Source: Candidatus Bathyarchaeia archaeon (lineage in GTDB: Archaea > Thermoproteota > CALKCG01 > B24). Taken from it: a stretch of DNA of 64,000 nt. Positions 30,322-40,025 of this stretch are shown in pieces (position 1 is the stretch's first letter; each line of letters starts with the position of its first letter). A program made the translations under genes and the position numbers. The DNA lies in contig JAVZJD010000001.1 of the NCBI GenBank assembly GCA_038870975.1, forward strand, positions 224,001-288,000. Direction: 5' to 3'. The notes under the pieces are model-generated. The model was not told the origin of the DNA and made no database searches. It saw only the letters and a list, made by a program, of their open reading frames with translations.

Positions 30322-31665
30322 TCACTTTTTGAAGAAGAGCGGTAGATACTGTGCATGAGCATTGAGAAGGTCATCTAAGAGTTTACCAACTTCATCCGGT
30401 TTCAGTTTCGAGGCAACTTGTGGATCTTGAAGGAGCGCTTGAAACGCTAAACTTCTATCACCAGTCAAAGCAGCTTCAACTGTAAGTCTCTGAACTTCAA
30501 TATGATTACTTAACACTGCTGCCAATGGCGGTGGAAGTTTACCCACGTGTATTGGAATTATTCCATAACCTCCTACTACAGAGGATACTTCTACAATGGC
30601 ATCGAACGGAAGGTTTTCTATCGCTCCTCTGTTGAGAGTATTGACTACAAATACTTCGTTCCTGTTCTCCAAGAGTGCTTCAATTATATCTACTACTAAT
30701 ACGGCTTCTCCGCTAGGTAAAACATCGAGGCTTAAATCCCTCATGCCAGTAGCCATATCTTCGACAAGCTTCTCCCATTTAGCTGTTCGTTGTTGCTCCT
30801 CCACCATATCATGGACTTTCAAACCAAATTTCATTTTGAGCCCCTGTAATCTACCCTTATACTCCTCTTCTAAGCCACATAGAAATGGGAAGAATTCGGT
30901 CCAGTGGGACCAGCAGTATGGAAGCACACCATAGTTTTCTACAAATAGCTTCTCAACTAGGTTTGAAGATCTTTCCTTTACTAATTGAAGACCGTCTCTC
31001 CCATCTTTGAGTTTTAAGCTTAATATAGCCGCACAATGGTTTATACCTGCTGCTGGTGCAGGTGTTAAAATATCCTCAGGATTTACGCCTACAATTTCAG
31101 CTAAATAGTTGGGATTTGACGGTATTGAAGAACACGTGCAAAGACCTACGACTTTTATCTTTGAATTCCTAACCATAGCCATACAGTTGGTGGGCACTGG
31201 ATTGGTATAGTTGAAGACCCAAGCCTTTGGAGACACCTCCTCCAATTCTTTTGCCATTCCCACTAGAACAGGTATGTGACGAAATGCACGCATTATACCG
31301 CCTGGACCTACTGAATCACATATGGCCATGTAAACTCCATATCTTGCGGGTATCTCTATATCGTACTCCCAAGCTTTTAAACCGCCGACTGCTATAGCGG
31401 TTATAACAAAGTCTGCGTCTGTTAATGAGTCTAACCTATTTGTCGTAGCTTCGACTTTCAGAGAAGCATTTGTCTTTTCGATCAGTCTTTGGGAGAGCCG
31501 GAACATTACGTTAAGCCTATGCTCATCTATGTCCATTAGACATATTGTACTATCCTGTAGAAGCCTAGACTCGATAAACAACCTCATGAGCTGAGGTGTG
31601 AAAGTACTGCTTCCACCACCTACTATAGTTATTTTGTAGCCCATATTGAGAGTATATTCAATCAA
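30322..31665 (-). CDS. Glycoside hydrolase family 4 (NAD/Mn-dependent, alpha-galactosidase-like)
   Basis: KITIVGGGS, DSVGPGG, NYTNP, GLC, GINH, NRGAIENLP. Confidence 0.9.
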   Translation of the reverse strand: MIEYTLNMGYKITIVGGGSSTFTPQLMRLFIESRLLQDSTICLMDIDEHRLNVMFRLSQRLIEKTNASLKVEATTNRLDSLTDADFVITAIAVGGLKAWEYDIEIPARYGVYMAICDSVGPGGIMRAFRHIPVLVGMAKELEEVSPKAWVFNYTNPVPTNCMAMVRNSKIKVVGLCTCSSIPSNPNYLAEIVGVNPEDILTPAPAAGINHCAAILSLKLKDGRDGLQLVKERSSNLVEKLFVENYGVLPYCWSHWTEFFPFLCGLEEEYKGRLQGLKMKFGLKVHDMVEEQQRTAKWEKLVEDMATGMRDLSLDVLPSGEAVLVVDIIEALLENRNEVFVVNTLNRGAIENLPFDAIVEVSSVVGGYGIIPIHVGKLPPPLAAVLSNHIEVQRLTVEAALTGDRSLAFQALLQDPQVASKLKPDEVGKLLDDLLNAHAQYLPLFFKK

Positions 31666-31703
31666 CAGCGACTATTTATAGGTTTTGACGGATCTAATCT
31701 GAC

Positions 31704-31767
31704 GCGGCTCAGACAAATGCCTTACGTTCATAGATTTGTCACAGTAACTTTGACTCATCACAGCCGC
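31704..31767 (-). ncRNA. C/D box guide sRNA with two guides targeting 23S rRNA helices 69 and 71
   Basis: Minus strand: GCGGC stem, C box GTGATGA, guide GTCAAAGTTACT, D' GTGA, C' TCTATGA, guide ACGTAAGGCATTTGT, D box CTGA, GCCGC stem. TATA-like TTTTAAAA about 25 nt upstream. Confidence 0.85.
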
Positions 31768-31861
31768 TAGATTGATTATACTTGAACTATTTTAAAAGGT
31801 TTTTACATGTAAACGGTAAAGATTTATTTAAGAAAGCATTTTCATAGTCTCTGAGGAAGTC

Positions 31862-33205
31862 TTGACCCTAGAAAGCCTAGGAAGATCCCTTAGAGACGCA
31901 TTAAACAAAGTTTTAAAGGCATCTAGGATGGATAAGGATCTAGTAAAAGGTCTAGTAAATGATCTTGTCAGAAGCCTTCTTCAGGCCGATGTCAAAGTAG
32001 ACCTCGTAATAGATCTTGCAAAGCGAATTGAAAACAGAGCCTTAAACGAAAAACCACCGTCTGGTTTTACCGAGAGAGAGTACCTTGTGAAGATAGTCTA
32101 TGATGAGATTGTGAGTCTTTTAGGTGGAGAAGGTGTTCCGCCTTTCACGATAAAACCAGGTAGGTTAAATGTCTACATGCTTGTTGGCTTACAGGGCTCA
32201 GGTAAAACTACAACCGCTTGCAAACTCGCTTTTTACTACCAGAAAAGAGGAGTCAAATGCGGGCTTATATGTGCAGACGTCTACAGACCAGGAGCATACC
32301 ATCAACTTAAACAGTTGGGGGATATGGTCAACATACCGGTTTATGGAGAACCAGATGGGAAAGACCCTGTTAAAATATCGTTAAATGGTTTAAAATTCTT
32401 CCGTGATGGTAAACGCGAACTTGTGATAATAGATACTGCTGGAAGACATAAGGATGAAGAATCGCTTATGAGGGAAGTGAAAGAGCTTCATGAGGCCATA
32501 AAACCTGATGAAGTTATTCTAACGATCGACGCTACGATAGGTCAGCAAGCCTATAATCAGGCTAAAGCATTCCATGAAACGGTTAAAGTCGGTTCTATAA
32601 TATTGACTAAAATGGACGGTTCTGCAAGAGGAGGGGGAGCATTATCGGCGGTAGTTGCTACAGGGGCGCCTATAAGGCTTATAGGTATCGGTGAAAAAAT
32701 TGAGGATTTAGAGGTATTTAACCCTAGAAGGTTTGTCGCCAGATTATTGGGATTTGGGGATATTGAAGGACTTATAGAGAAGTTTAAACAAGCTGAAATC
32801 AAGGTTTCTGAAAAAGAGGCTAAAGAAGTTTTAACTGGAAAGTTTACGCTTGAAGATCTGTATAAACAGATGGAGAACTTGAGAAAAATGGGGCCTCTCA
32901 AATCCATCGTAAGTCATCTACCCGGTTTCGCCTACAGTCTTCCAAATGGATCTCTCGAAGAGGTTGAAGTAAAGATGGATAAGTGGAAGGCTATAATAGA
33001 GTCTATGACTAGAGAGGAGAGAATAAACCCTAGGATTTTAAACTCTTCGAGAATACGTAGAATAGCCCGCGGTGCTGGAGTTGCTGAAAAAGAGGTAAAA
33101 GACCTAGTTAAATATTATGAGCAGACTGTTAGGCTTCTAAAAGCTATGCGTAGCAGAAGAGACTTGCTGAGAATGGGGAGACTATTTAGTTCAAATGTAT
33201 CTTAA
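31862..33205 (+). CDS. srp54: Signal recognition particle 54 kDa protein
   Basis: GLQGSGKTT, DTAGRH, TKMDG.ARGGG, M domain SRIRRIARGAG. Confidence 0.97.
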   Translation: MTLESLGRSLRDALNKVLKASRMDKDLVKGLVNDLVRSLLQADVKVDLVIDLAKRIENRALNEKPPSGFTEREYLVKIVYDEIVSLLGGEGVPPFTIKPGRLNVYMLVGLQGSGKTTTACKLAFYYQKRGVKCGLICADVYRPGAYHQLKQLGDMVNIPVYGEPDGKDPVKISLNGLKFFRDGKRELVIIDTAGRHKDEESLMREVKELHEAIKPDEVILTIDATIGQQAYNQAKAFHETVKVGSIILTKMDGSARGGGALSAVVATGAPIRLIGIGEKIEDLEVFNPRRFVARLLGFGDIEGLIEKFKQAEIKVSEKEAKEVLTGKFTLEDLYKQMENLRKMGPLKSIVSHLPGFAYSLPNGSLEEVEVKMDKWKAIIESMTREERINPRILNSSRIRRIARGAGVAEKEVKDLVKYYEQTVRLLKAMRSRRDLLRMGRLFSSNVS

Positions 33206-33345
33206 CTGGCGCTCAACACTAAGTTCACTTAACAATTTTCCTAATGTGGACTGTAAATCTGGCATTTTAGAATTGACAGTTTAAGGAAATGCTTAAAAGA
33301 GCGCGATTCATTATCAAAAATGTTTGAAAACAGGGGGGAGCATTA

Positions 33346-33636
33346 ACGCCCTATTCCAAGGGTTTTAGAAGAAAAACTAGACAACTTTTACGTCTTAGGA
33401 GACGAGAGAATCCGCTCAAAGTAACCTCTATCTTGAGAGAGTATAAACTAGATGAGCCTGTTGTAATTGATATAAATCCGAGTATTCATAAAGGTATGCC
33501 TCATAGAAGGTACCACGGTAGGGTTGGAATAGTTACTGGAAAAAGAGGAAGGGCTTATATATTGAAGATGACGATAGGAAGCGTGGAGAAGACTCTCATA
33601 GTTAGACCAGAGCATCTGAAACCATTAACTCATTAA
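33346..33636 (+). CDS. rpl21e: Ribosomal protein eL21; apparent ACG start codon
   Basis: xPYSKGFRRKTR...IHKGMPHRRYHGRVG...VRPEHLK. GGGGGGAG RBS 5 nt before ACG; in-frame TGA at 33325. Confidence 0.9.
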   Translation, partial: TPYSKGFRRKTRQLLRLRRRENPLKVTSILREYKLDEPVVIDINPSIHKGMPHRRYHGRVGIVTGKRGRAYILKMTIGSVEKTLIVRPEHLKPLTH

Positions 33637-33663
33637 AATCTAATTTGATGGGGGAGGGATAGA

Positions 33664-34005
33664 ATGGTTCTCAGGAAAATCAAAGAGGTAGATATAACTA
33701 TAGCTGAAGCATATAGCATACTTAAGGATTTAAAAAACCCCAATCCATTCCAAGCTAGAGTTTTAGAATACGCACGTAAAATGACTAAAGTGGACCCCTC
33801 AAAAGCATCTGAGCTTATTGATAAGTTGATAAATGAATTCAATATTGAGCGTGATAGAGCCGTACAAATAGTTAATGTTATGCCCGAAAGTGTTGAAGAG
33901 CTTAGAATATTCTTCACAGGTTTAAAAGGTAAACTGATAACGACTTCTCAACTTAAAAAGATATTAGAATTGCTAAATGAGTATAGGCTTCAAGAGGCAA
34001 TCTGA
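33664..34005 (+). CDS. rpo4: RNA polymerase subunit Rpo4 (F)
   Basis: ITIAEA, AVQIVNVMPES.EELR; conserved position after rpl21e. Confidence 0.9.
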   Translation: MVLRKIKEVDITIAEAYSILKDLKNPNPFQARVLEYARKMTKVDPSKASELIDKLINEFNIERDRAVQIVNVMPESVEELRIFFTGLKGKLITTSQLKKILELLNEYRLQEAI

Positions 34006-34036
34006 ATTTTCGGTATAATTTGAGGTGTTATTATTA

Positions 34037-34600
34037 ATGAAGACCCAGAAGCCGTATGAAGATTACGGCTATATATTAAACATTCTTCCATATCCTTCTA
34101 GAAGAGCACCTAAAATAGTTCAATTTGCGGGAAGTTGTGTAGAGATAATAGGCGAGAGGTATTTTACCTTATTGGAGGGTGTTCTCAAGAAAAATGCCTC
34201 TGTAACGGTAGGTGAAAGAGTTGCTTTAACTAGAGGACCTGAAAGTAAGATTGCATTTATAATTGGACGGTTAAGTTACCGTGAACTTTCTGGGCCAGCT
34301 CAAGCAGAAGTTCCGGAAATTGTAGAGAAAATAATAGCCTTCAATGAAAAGGAATTTGTAGAGTTTTTTAACAAATCCCAACCGATAAGCCCTAGAATGC
34401 ATGCTCTAGAATTGATACCAGGTGTTGGAAAGAAACACATGTTAACTATATTAAGAGAGAGAAGTATAAACCCCTTCAAATCCTTTAAAGATATAAAGGA
34501 ACGGACTGGGATACCCGATCCCATTAAGCTTTTAACCAAAAGAGTTTTAGAGGAACTCATGGAGGAGAACCCAAAGTATAGACTTTTCGTAAAAGCTTAG
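34037..34600 (+). CDS. DUF655 putative RNA-binding protein
   Basis: GERYFTLLE, FVEFFN, RMHALELIPGVGKK; conserved synteny. Confidence 0.9.
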   Translation: MKTQKPYEDYGYILNILPYPSRRAPKIVQFAGSCVEIIGERYFTLLEGVLKKNASVTVGERVALTRGPESKIAFIIGRLSYRELSGPAQAEVPEIVEKIIAFNEKEFVEFFNKSQPISPRMHALELIPGVGKKHMLTILRERSINPFKSFKDIKERTGIPDPIKLLTKRVLEELMEENPKYRLFVKA

Positions 34601-35007
34601 AATATTCAATGATTCGATATTCATCACCTCCCATGAACTTCTCTTCATTTCAAACTCTTCTATTTCACACCTAGCGTTTAATTATCCATGGACATGTTAA
34701 TTCCAAGGCCTTACACACCGCTGCGTAAGTTTTTATCTCCCATTCTCTAAGATTATGGAAGTTTAAAGCAACTTTCCGAGAAGCTTGAGAATACGGAAAA
34801 GAAATAGTATAATAGTTCTATCCATGGAAAAATCTATGAGGGTCTACCGCACCTTAAAGAATCCCTGGAATGCTGTTATAATAACCCGTGAAAGCGCGGT
34901 AAAGCTAGAACCCTACCAGGTAAGTAAAGACATGGTTGTGGATGTGACGAATAATAGTTTTTAGAAGGCAGAAGTAACACATATAATTTTTGAGAGAAAG
35001 GTTAACC

Positions 35008-35808
35008 ATGGATTTTAAAGATGTTGTTCAAACACTCATAAGAGTTGGAATCATTTCTCCTAAGAGAAGACTCGGCCAATATTTTATGGTTGATGAGAAT
35101 ATTCTACGTAGACTTGTAGATTATGCTTATATTTCAAATGGAGACGTCGTTTTGGAAATTGGTGCTGGGATAGGTCTTCTAACGAAATTACTATCTGAAA
35201 AAGCAAAGACTGTGTATGCTGTTGAGTTAGATCACAAGCTTGTAAACTATTTGAAAAGTAGGTTTCCTGATGGATCTAATGTTAAAATAGTCGAAGGAGA
35301 CTTCCTTAAAATTGGAATAAAGGGATTTAATAAAGTTGTTTCAAATCCTCCATACGCAATATCAACTCCAATGATTCTTAAACTCATCAAAGAAAAACCA
35401 GACATTATTGTTTTAACTCTTCAAGAAGAGTTTGCTAGAAAATTATGCGCTAAACCAGGAGATACGGAATATGGTAGGTTAACAGTCCTAACTTATTTAA
35501 ATTACGAAGTTGAAATTATGGAGAAGATTCCCAGAGAAGCTTTCTATCCGCGAAGTAAGGTCAATAGTGTCGCCGTTAGACTCAAACTTAAAACTCATGC
35601 TTTAGACTCTGTAGCTTTTGAAAACGCTGAAAAAATTGTAACTAAAGCGTTCAGTCTGAGGAATAAAACGCTGAACGCCTTCATTAAAAAAACATTCCCA
35701 AATATGCAATTACACTATGACCCTAAGATCAGAGTGTATCAGACTCCTCCGGAAGTTTTCTTAGAAATTGCGGAACGTTTTTTAAGAAGGCAAATCGATA
35801 AAAATTAA
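35008..35808 (+). CDS. rsmA: 16S rRNA dimethyladenosine transferase
   Basis: LGQYF, LEIGAGIG, VSNPPY, YGRLTV. Confidence 0.94.
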   Translation: MDFKDVVQTLIRVGIISPKRRLGQYFMVDENILRRLVDYAYISNGDVVLEIGAGIGLLTKLLSEKAKTVYAVELDHKLVNYLKSRFPDGSNVKIVEGDFLKIGIKGFNKVVSNPPYAISTPMILKLIKEKPDIIVLTLQEEFARKLCAKPGDTEYGRLTVLTYLNYEVEIMEKIPREAFYPRSKVNSVAVRLKLKTHALDSVAFENAEKIVTKAFSLRNKTLNAFIKKTFPNMQLHYDPKIRVYQTPPEVFLEIAERFLRRQIDKN

Positions 35809-35819
35809 TGTGAGCGGCT

Positions 35820-36314
35820 TTGAAGGCAAGAAACTTTAGGAAAATTTCTGGTTCAGCGTATACTAGACGGGAATATATTGGAGGAGCCCCTCAGAGTAAA
35901 GTAGTTCATCTTACAATGGGAGACCCTAATGGGAATTTTAAATATGAAGCTAGGCTTATAGCGCTTGAAGACGCACAGGTAAGACATAATGCTCTAGAAG
36001 CGGCTAGAATGGCTGTTAACAAGTTTCTAGAAGAAAAGCTAGGTGACAAAGGATATTTTTTAAAAATATCCGTATACCCACATCATGTTCTTAGAGAGCA
36101 TAAAGTTATGACTGGAGCTGGAGCCGATAGGCTTTCAGAAGGTATGCGGAGAGCATTTGGTAGGCCTGTAGGGCTAGCTGCTAGAGTTAAAAAAGGACAG
36201 AACATAATAATACTTCGTACTACTGAAAACGGATTAAGCTATGCTAAGGAAGCTCTAACCAGAGGAGCTAGTAAAATGCCCATTCCTACACGGATTGACG
36301 TGGTAACACTATAA
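35820..36314 (+). CDS. rpl10e: Ribosomal protein uL16 (L10e)
   Basis: YTRREYI, ALEAAR, GAGADRLSEGMRRAFGRP. Confidence 0.96.
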   Translation: MKARNFRKISGSAYTRREYIGGAPQSKVVHLTMGDPNGNFKYEARLIALEDAQVRHNALEAARMAVNKFLEEKLGDKGYFLKISVYPHHVLREHKVMTGAGADRLSEGMRRAFGRPVGLAARVKKGQNIIILRTTENGLSYAKEALTRGASKMPIPTRIDVVTL

Positions 36315-36335
36315 ACGCTATGTAGACGATTAGAG

Positions 36336-37346
36336 GTGTTCATCTTCTGCTGTTTAAGACTTGAAGAAGATGAGATTCAGAGGGAAGTCGTCTCTAGAGG
36401 TTTTAAACGCATTTTAGTTCAAGCTCCTGAAGGTCTTAGACCTCACTTGAAAAAATTAATCGAAAAGCTTAGAGAATGCGGAGCTACTATTTTGCTTTCC
36501 GGAAATCCATGTTTTGGCTCTTGCAACGTGGCTCTAACAGAGGCTGAGAAGCTTAAAGCAGATGTGATAATTCACATTGGACACAGTCCAATAATCTCAT
36601 ATGCAAATATCCCAGTCTTGTATTTTGACGCTATGTGTGTTCCCACATTCGAAGAAGGTCTTAGAATGTTTAAAGAGGAGATTAAAAATGCTGGTAGGAA
36701 AGTGGCATTATTCTCAAACCTCCAGTTTGTAGGATGTTTAGAGGAAGTACGTAGTGTTCTCGAAAGCTGGGGTTTAGAAGTCTCAATAGGAAGAGGAGAA
36801 GGTGTTAAATATCCAGGTCAGGTTTTAGGCTGTAATTATACAGCTCCCTTGAGTGTTGAAAGATATGTAGACTTCTTCCTGTTCGTAGGAGATGGAAAAT
36901 TTCACCCCTTAGGATTGGCGTTACTTACCAATAAGAGGGTTTTAACATTAAACCCGGTAACTTCCTCGCTTCAAGATATGTCAGAGTTAAAGCGTAGATA
37001 CCTGAGAAAAATCTACGCATCAATAGTCAAGGCGAGAGAAGGGAAAATTTTTGGAGTACTTGTTGGACTTGAGCCTGGACAATTTAGACTTGAGAATGCC
37101 GAAGGGATTAAAAAACTCATTGAAGCCACGGGTAGGGAAGCCTATCTTATAGGCTTCAACTATTTGGACCCAGGTTTCTTGGAAGCATACACATGGATAG
37201 ATGTATTCGTCAATACCGCTTGTCCAAGACTTTCGATAGAAGATTCAGATAGAATTAGTAAGCCTATTTTAAATACGGCTGAACTTTTAGTAGCACTGGG
37301 CTTAACTAGTTGGGAGGAGTATGTTGGAGAACATTCCAAAGCGTAG
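36336..37346 (+). CDS. dph2: Diphthamide biosynthesis protein Dph2
   Basis: QAPEGL, CFGSC, HIGHS, GQVLGC, GKFH, TACPR. Confidence 0.93.
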   Translation: MFIFCCLRLEEDEIQREVVSRGFKRILVQAPEGLRPHLKKLIEKLRECGATILLSGNPCFGSCNVALTEAEKLKADVIIHIGHSPIISYANIPVLYFDAMCVPTFEEGLRMFKEEIKNAGRKVALFSNLQFVGCLEEVRSVLESWGLEVSIGRGEGVKYPGQVLGCNYTAPLSVERYVDFFLFVGDGKFHPLGLALLTNKRVLTLNPVTSSLQDMSELKRRYLRKIYASIVKAREGKIFGVLVGLEPGQFRLENAEGIKKLIEATGREAYLIGFNYLDPGFLEAYTWIDVFVNTACPRLSIEDSDRISKPILNTAELLVALGLTSWEEYVGEHSKA

Positions 37347-37950
37347 AGAACTTGAAATATTGCTTAATGGTCTTAAAGCCCATCCATCACCAAACAGACT
37401 TCTGGAGCAGTATACAATACCAGCTGACTTAGCAGCTAAAATTCTATCAGTAGCTACATATGTCTATGGTGATATCTCAGGTAAAATCGTATTTGACTTT
37501 GGATGTGGAACTGGTAGATTATCCATAGGTGCGGCTATTCTAGGAGCCGAATATGTTGTAGGTTTTGATATAGACAGAGTTGCTCTAGAGGTAGCTAAAT
37601 TGAATTCTGTTAAAGCTGGAGTTTCAGGTAGAACTGACTGGGTTTTATGTGACATAGCTAAGGTTAAAGGATACTGTGATACCGTTATTCAAAACCCCCC
37701 ATTTGGAACCGGATTTAGAGGAGCTGATAGAATATTTCTAAAGAAGGCACTAGAGGTTGGACATGTGATATATACGATTCATAAAAGTGAAACTGATGAG
37801 TTTATTAGGAAGCTTGTAGAAGAATATGGTGGTTCAATTTCGGTAGTATTTAGGTCTTCAATAAACATACCTAGAATGTTTGAATTTCACAGAAGGAGGT
37901 TTTACAAGTTTCAGGTGAATGTGTATCGGATTGAGGTGAAACACGTTTGA
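37321..37950 (+). CDS. METTL5-family N6-adenine RNA methyltransferase
   Basis: LEQY, DFGCGTG, NPPFG, YTIHK, FEFH. Confidence 0.9.
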   Translation: MLENIPKRRELEILLNGLKAHPSPNRLLEQYTIPADLAAKILSVATYVYGDISGKIVFDFGCGTGRLSIGAAILGAEYVVGFDIDRVALEVAKLNSVKAGVSGRTDWVLCDIAKVKGYCDTVIQNPPFGTGFRGADRIFLKKALEVGHVIYTIHKSETDEFIRKLVEEYGGSISVVFRSSINIPRMFEFHRRRFYKFQVNVYRIEVKHV

Positions 37951-38525
37951 TGGGGAGGCTGAAGAATAGAATCGTCGTCCCAGGAGATAAGATAGGTGTC
38001 ATAGAGGAATACATTCCTCGCGATGGAGCTTATGAATATAACAATGAAATTCTATCATGTTTAGTTGGATTTTTGGAGGAGGACGTTGAAAAACATACGG
38101 TTAGTGTAAAGACTGAAAGACGAAATTTGCTTCCAAAACCTGGAGATGTAGTATATGGTGTTGTCGTGACGGCTTCCGAGAAAAACGCATCGGTCATGAT
38201 AATATCCGTAAATAATAGATTACTTAACTATTACTTTTCAGGTTTAATACAGACTAGGTTATTTTCCATGAATAATGTGAAAAGCGTTAGAGGAGCAATT
38301 AAACCAGGAGATTTGGTGAAGTGTGAAGTCCTAAGTTACAATAATGACGTCTATCACTTAATGATGCATAAACCGGAGTTTGGAGTAGTTTACGCTCTAT
38401 GTACGAAGTGTGGAGGAGTATTAGTAAGAAGCGGGAGAGGACTCAAGTGTCAGATTTGTGGCAATGTTGAAGGCCGTAAGATTGCTAACGATTATGGTGT
38501 TATTAAATTGGGGTGTTTTACATGA
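37947..38525 (+). CDS. csl4: Exosome RNA-binding subunit Csl4
   Basis: VVPGDKIGVIEEY, S1 domain, C-terminal Zn ribbon, RKIA..Y. Confidence 0.92.
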   Translation: MMGRLKNRIVVPGDKIGVIEEYIPRDGAYEYNNEILSCLVGFLEEDVEKHTVSVKTERRNLLPKPGDVVYGVVVTASEKNASVMIISVNNRLLNYYFSGLIQTRLFSMNNVKSVRGAIKPGDLVKCEVLSYNNDVYHLMMHKPEFGVVYALCTKCGGVLVRSGRGLKCQICGNVEGRKIANDYGVIKLGCFT

Positions 38526-38812
38526 AAATTCAAGTTTTAAAGTGGACGGAAAGAGAAATAGAGCTTGAAGTGGAAGGGGAGGGACACACCTTCCTAGGCG
38601 CTCTTCAAAGCATCTTCTTAGAAGACCCTAGAGTCGAGTTTGTAGGATACAATATTCCACACCCATTGATACCTAAAGCTATATTCATGCTAAAAGTTAC
38701 CTTAGGCAATGATGTAAGGACTATATTAAAAGACGGTTTGAGAAATCTAAACATTAGACTTAAAGAACTTGAGGAACGCTTCCTTGAAGCCTATAGAAGT
38801 GTTAAGAAGTAG
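38522..38812 (+). CDS. rpo11: RNA polymerase subunit Rpo11 (L)
   Basis: EGEGHT, YNIPHPL. Confidence 0.93.
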   Translation: MKIQVLKWTEREIELEVEGEGHTFLGALQSIFLEDPRVEFVGYNIPHPLIPKAIFMLKVTLGNDVRTILKDGLRNLNIRLKELEERFLEAYRSVKK

Positions 38813-38829
38813 CATGAGAGGCTTAATAT

Positions 38830-39213
38830 TTGAAAATTGAAGATATTCTTCGAGACAAAGGGCTAGCACGATTTGGGGATTCTCTAGTTAATTTTCTCTT
38901 TAGCTTAGCAATTACAAGGACTTCAGGTAGGCCTACTGGTTTGAGAATGGATAATAAAATACTTGCAGAAGCCGTTAGAAAATCTACATTAAGAGGCCTT
39001 ATACCCAGGAGAACCGATAGAAAAGCTGTGGGAGATTATGCGGAGGCCATAATAGCTTATGCATGGCTTAAGGGAATCATAACTACAGATGAGTCCATAG
39101 AGATACTTGCAAGAGACCTTGACAATCCCGTTAACGCATTTAAAAATCTCATAGAGAAGATTATGGAGGATTCAATGGAACATGTCGATAAGGACAGTCA
39201 AAAAGGAAATTAG
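38830..39213 (+). CDS. Archaeal mini-RNase III family protein
   Basis: DKGLARFGDSLVNF...GDYAEA signature. Confidence 0.82.
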   Translation: MKIEDILRDKGLARFGDSLVNFLFSLAITRTSGRPTGLRMDNKILAEAVRKSTLRGLIPRRTDRKAVGDYAEAIIAYAWLKGIITTDESIEILARDLDNPVNAFKNLIEKIMEDSMEHVDKDSQKGN

Positions 39214-39610
39214 AAATCTGAGTTTAACTAAAGTATTGCTAGATGGTAGAACAGATATTTTAGGAGTAGTATACAGGGGCCGTTCTATCATAGATGGTAT
39301 ACTGTATTTTAAATCTGCAGAAGTTGAAAAATATGGTCTCCCGAAGCTTATCAGAGAAAGTAAGCACTTTAAACAGTTGAGAGTTATAGTGTTAAAGTCT
39401 GAAGATGGATTTAACTGCGAGGAACTTTGGAGGGAAACCAATATAGCTATTTTATGTTTAGAAAAAGACGGCATAAAAGTCTACGGCGTAGATAAAGAAA
39501 CAGCTCTTAAAATACTACGCGTAACTTCAGGAAACAACGGCGAGCCTGAAGCTTTAAAAGTTGCTTATAAGCTTAAATCCGCACTAGAGGAAAAATTTAA
39601 AAGAGACTAA
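39182..39610 (+). CDS. DUF99-like (endonuclease V fold) protein, shortened or divergent
   Basis: GVVYRG..IIDG, HFKQLRVI, PEALKVA; synteny with tfs. Confidence 0.65.
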   Translation: MSIRTVKKEIRNLSLTKVLLDGRTDILGVVYRGRSIIDGILYFKSAEVEKYGLPKLIRESKHFKQLRVIVLKSEDGFNCEELWRETNIAILCLEKDGIKVYGVDKETALKILRVTSGNNGEPEALKVAYKLKSALEEKFKRD

Positions 39611-39636
39611 TACTTGTCTCTGAAGAGAGAAAGTTG

Positions 39637-39975
39637 ATGGAATTCTGCCCTAAATGTGGAGCGAGAATGATAATTAAGCGTACTGATGAAGGCGTGAAGT
39701 TAGCATGTCCTAAATGTGGATATGAAGAGCTTAGAAAAGTTAAAACTCTACAGGCCAAGTACGAAAATCAAACTAGAGTGTCAAAGGAAACTTTAATAGT
39801 TATAACGAAGGAGAATGAAGACTTATCTACATTGCCTACTACGGATGTTGAATGCCCTAAATGTGGATATGGAAAAGCCTATTGGTGGATTATGCAAACT
39901 AGAAGCGCAGACGAGGCACCGACACAATTCTTTAAATGTAAAAACTGTGGACATGTGTGGAGAGAATACGCATAA
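39637..39975 (+). CDS. tfs: Transcript cleavage factor TFS
   Basis: Two Zn ribbons; QTRSADE acidic hairpin intact. Confidence 0.94.
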   Translation: MEFCPKCGARMIIKRTDEGVKLACPKCGYEELRKVKTLQAKYENQTRVSKETLIVITKENEDLSTLPTTDVECPKCGYGKAYWWIMQTRSADEAPTQFFKCKNCGHVWREYA

Positions 39976-40025
39976 ATAGTGCTTTACCGAGGCAAAATAC
40001 TTCTTCCAAGATATTGGAAAGTTTA

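Noticed and set aside
34590-34632. Minus-strand GTGATGA as a possible C box
   Set aside because: No C' or terminal CTGA at suitable spacing and no recognisable guide
36330-36350. Possible second non-canonical start at dph2 (GTG lies inside a GAGGTG RBS-like motif)
   Set aside because: The in-frame GTG is a sufficient canonical start; cannot be distinguished from sequence alone
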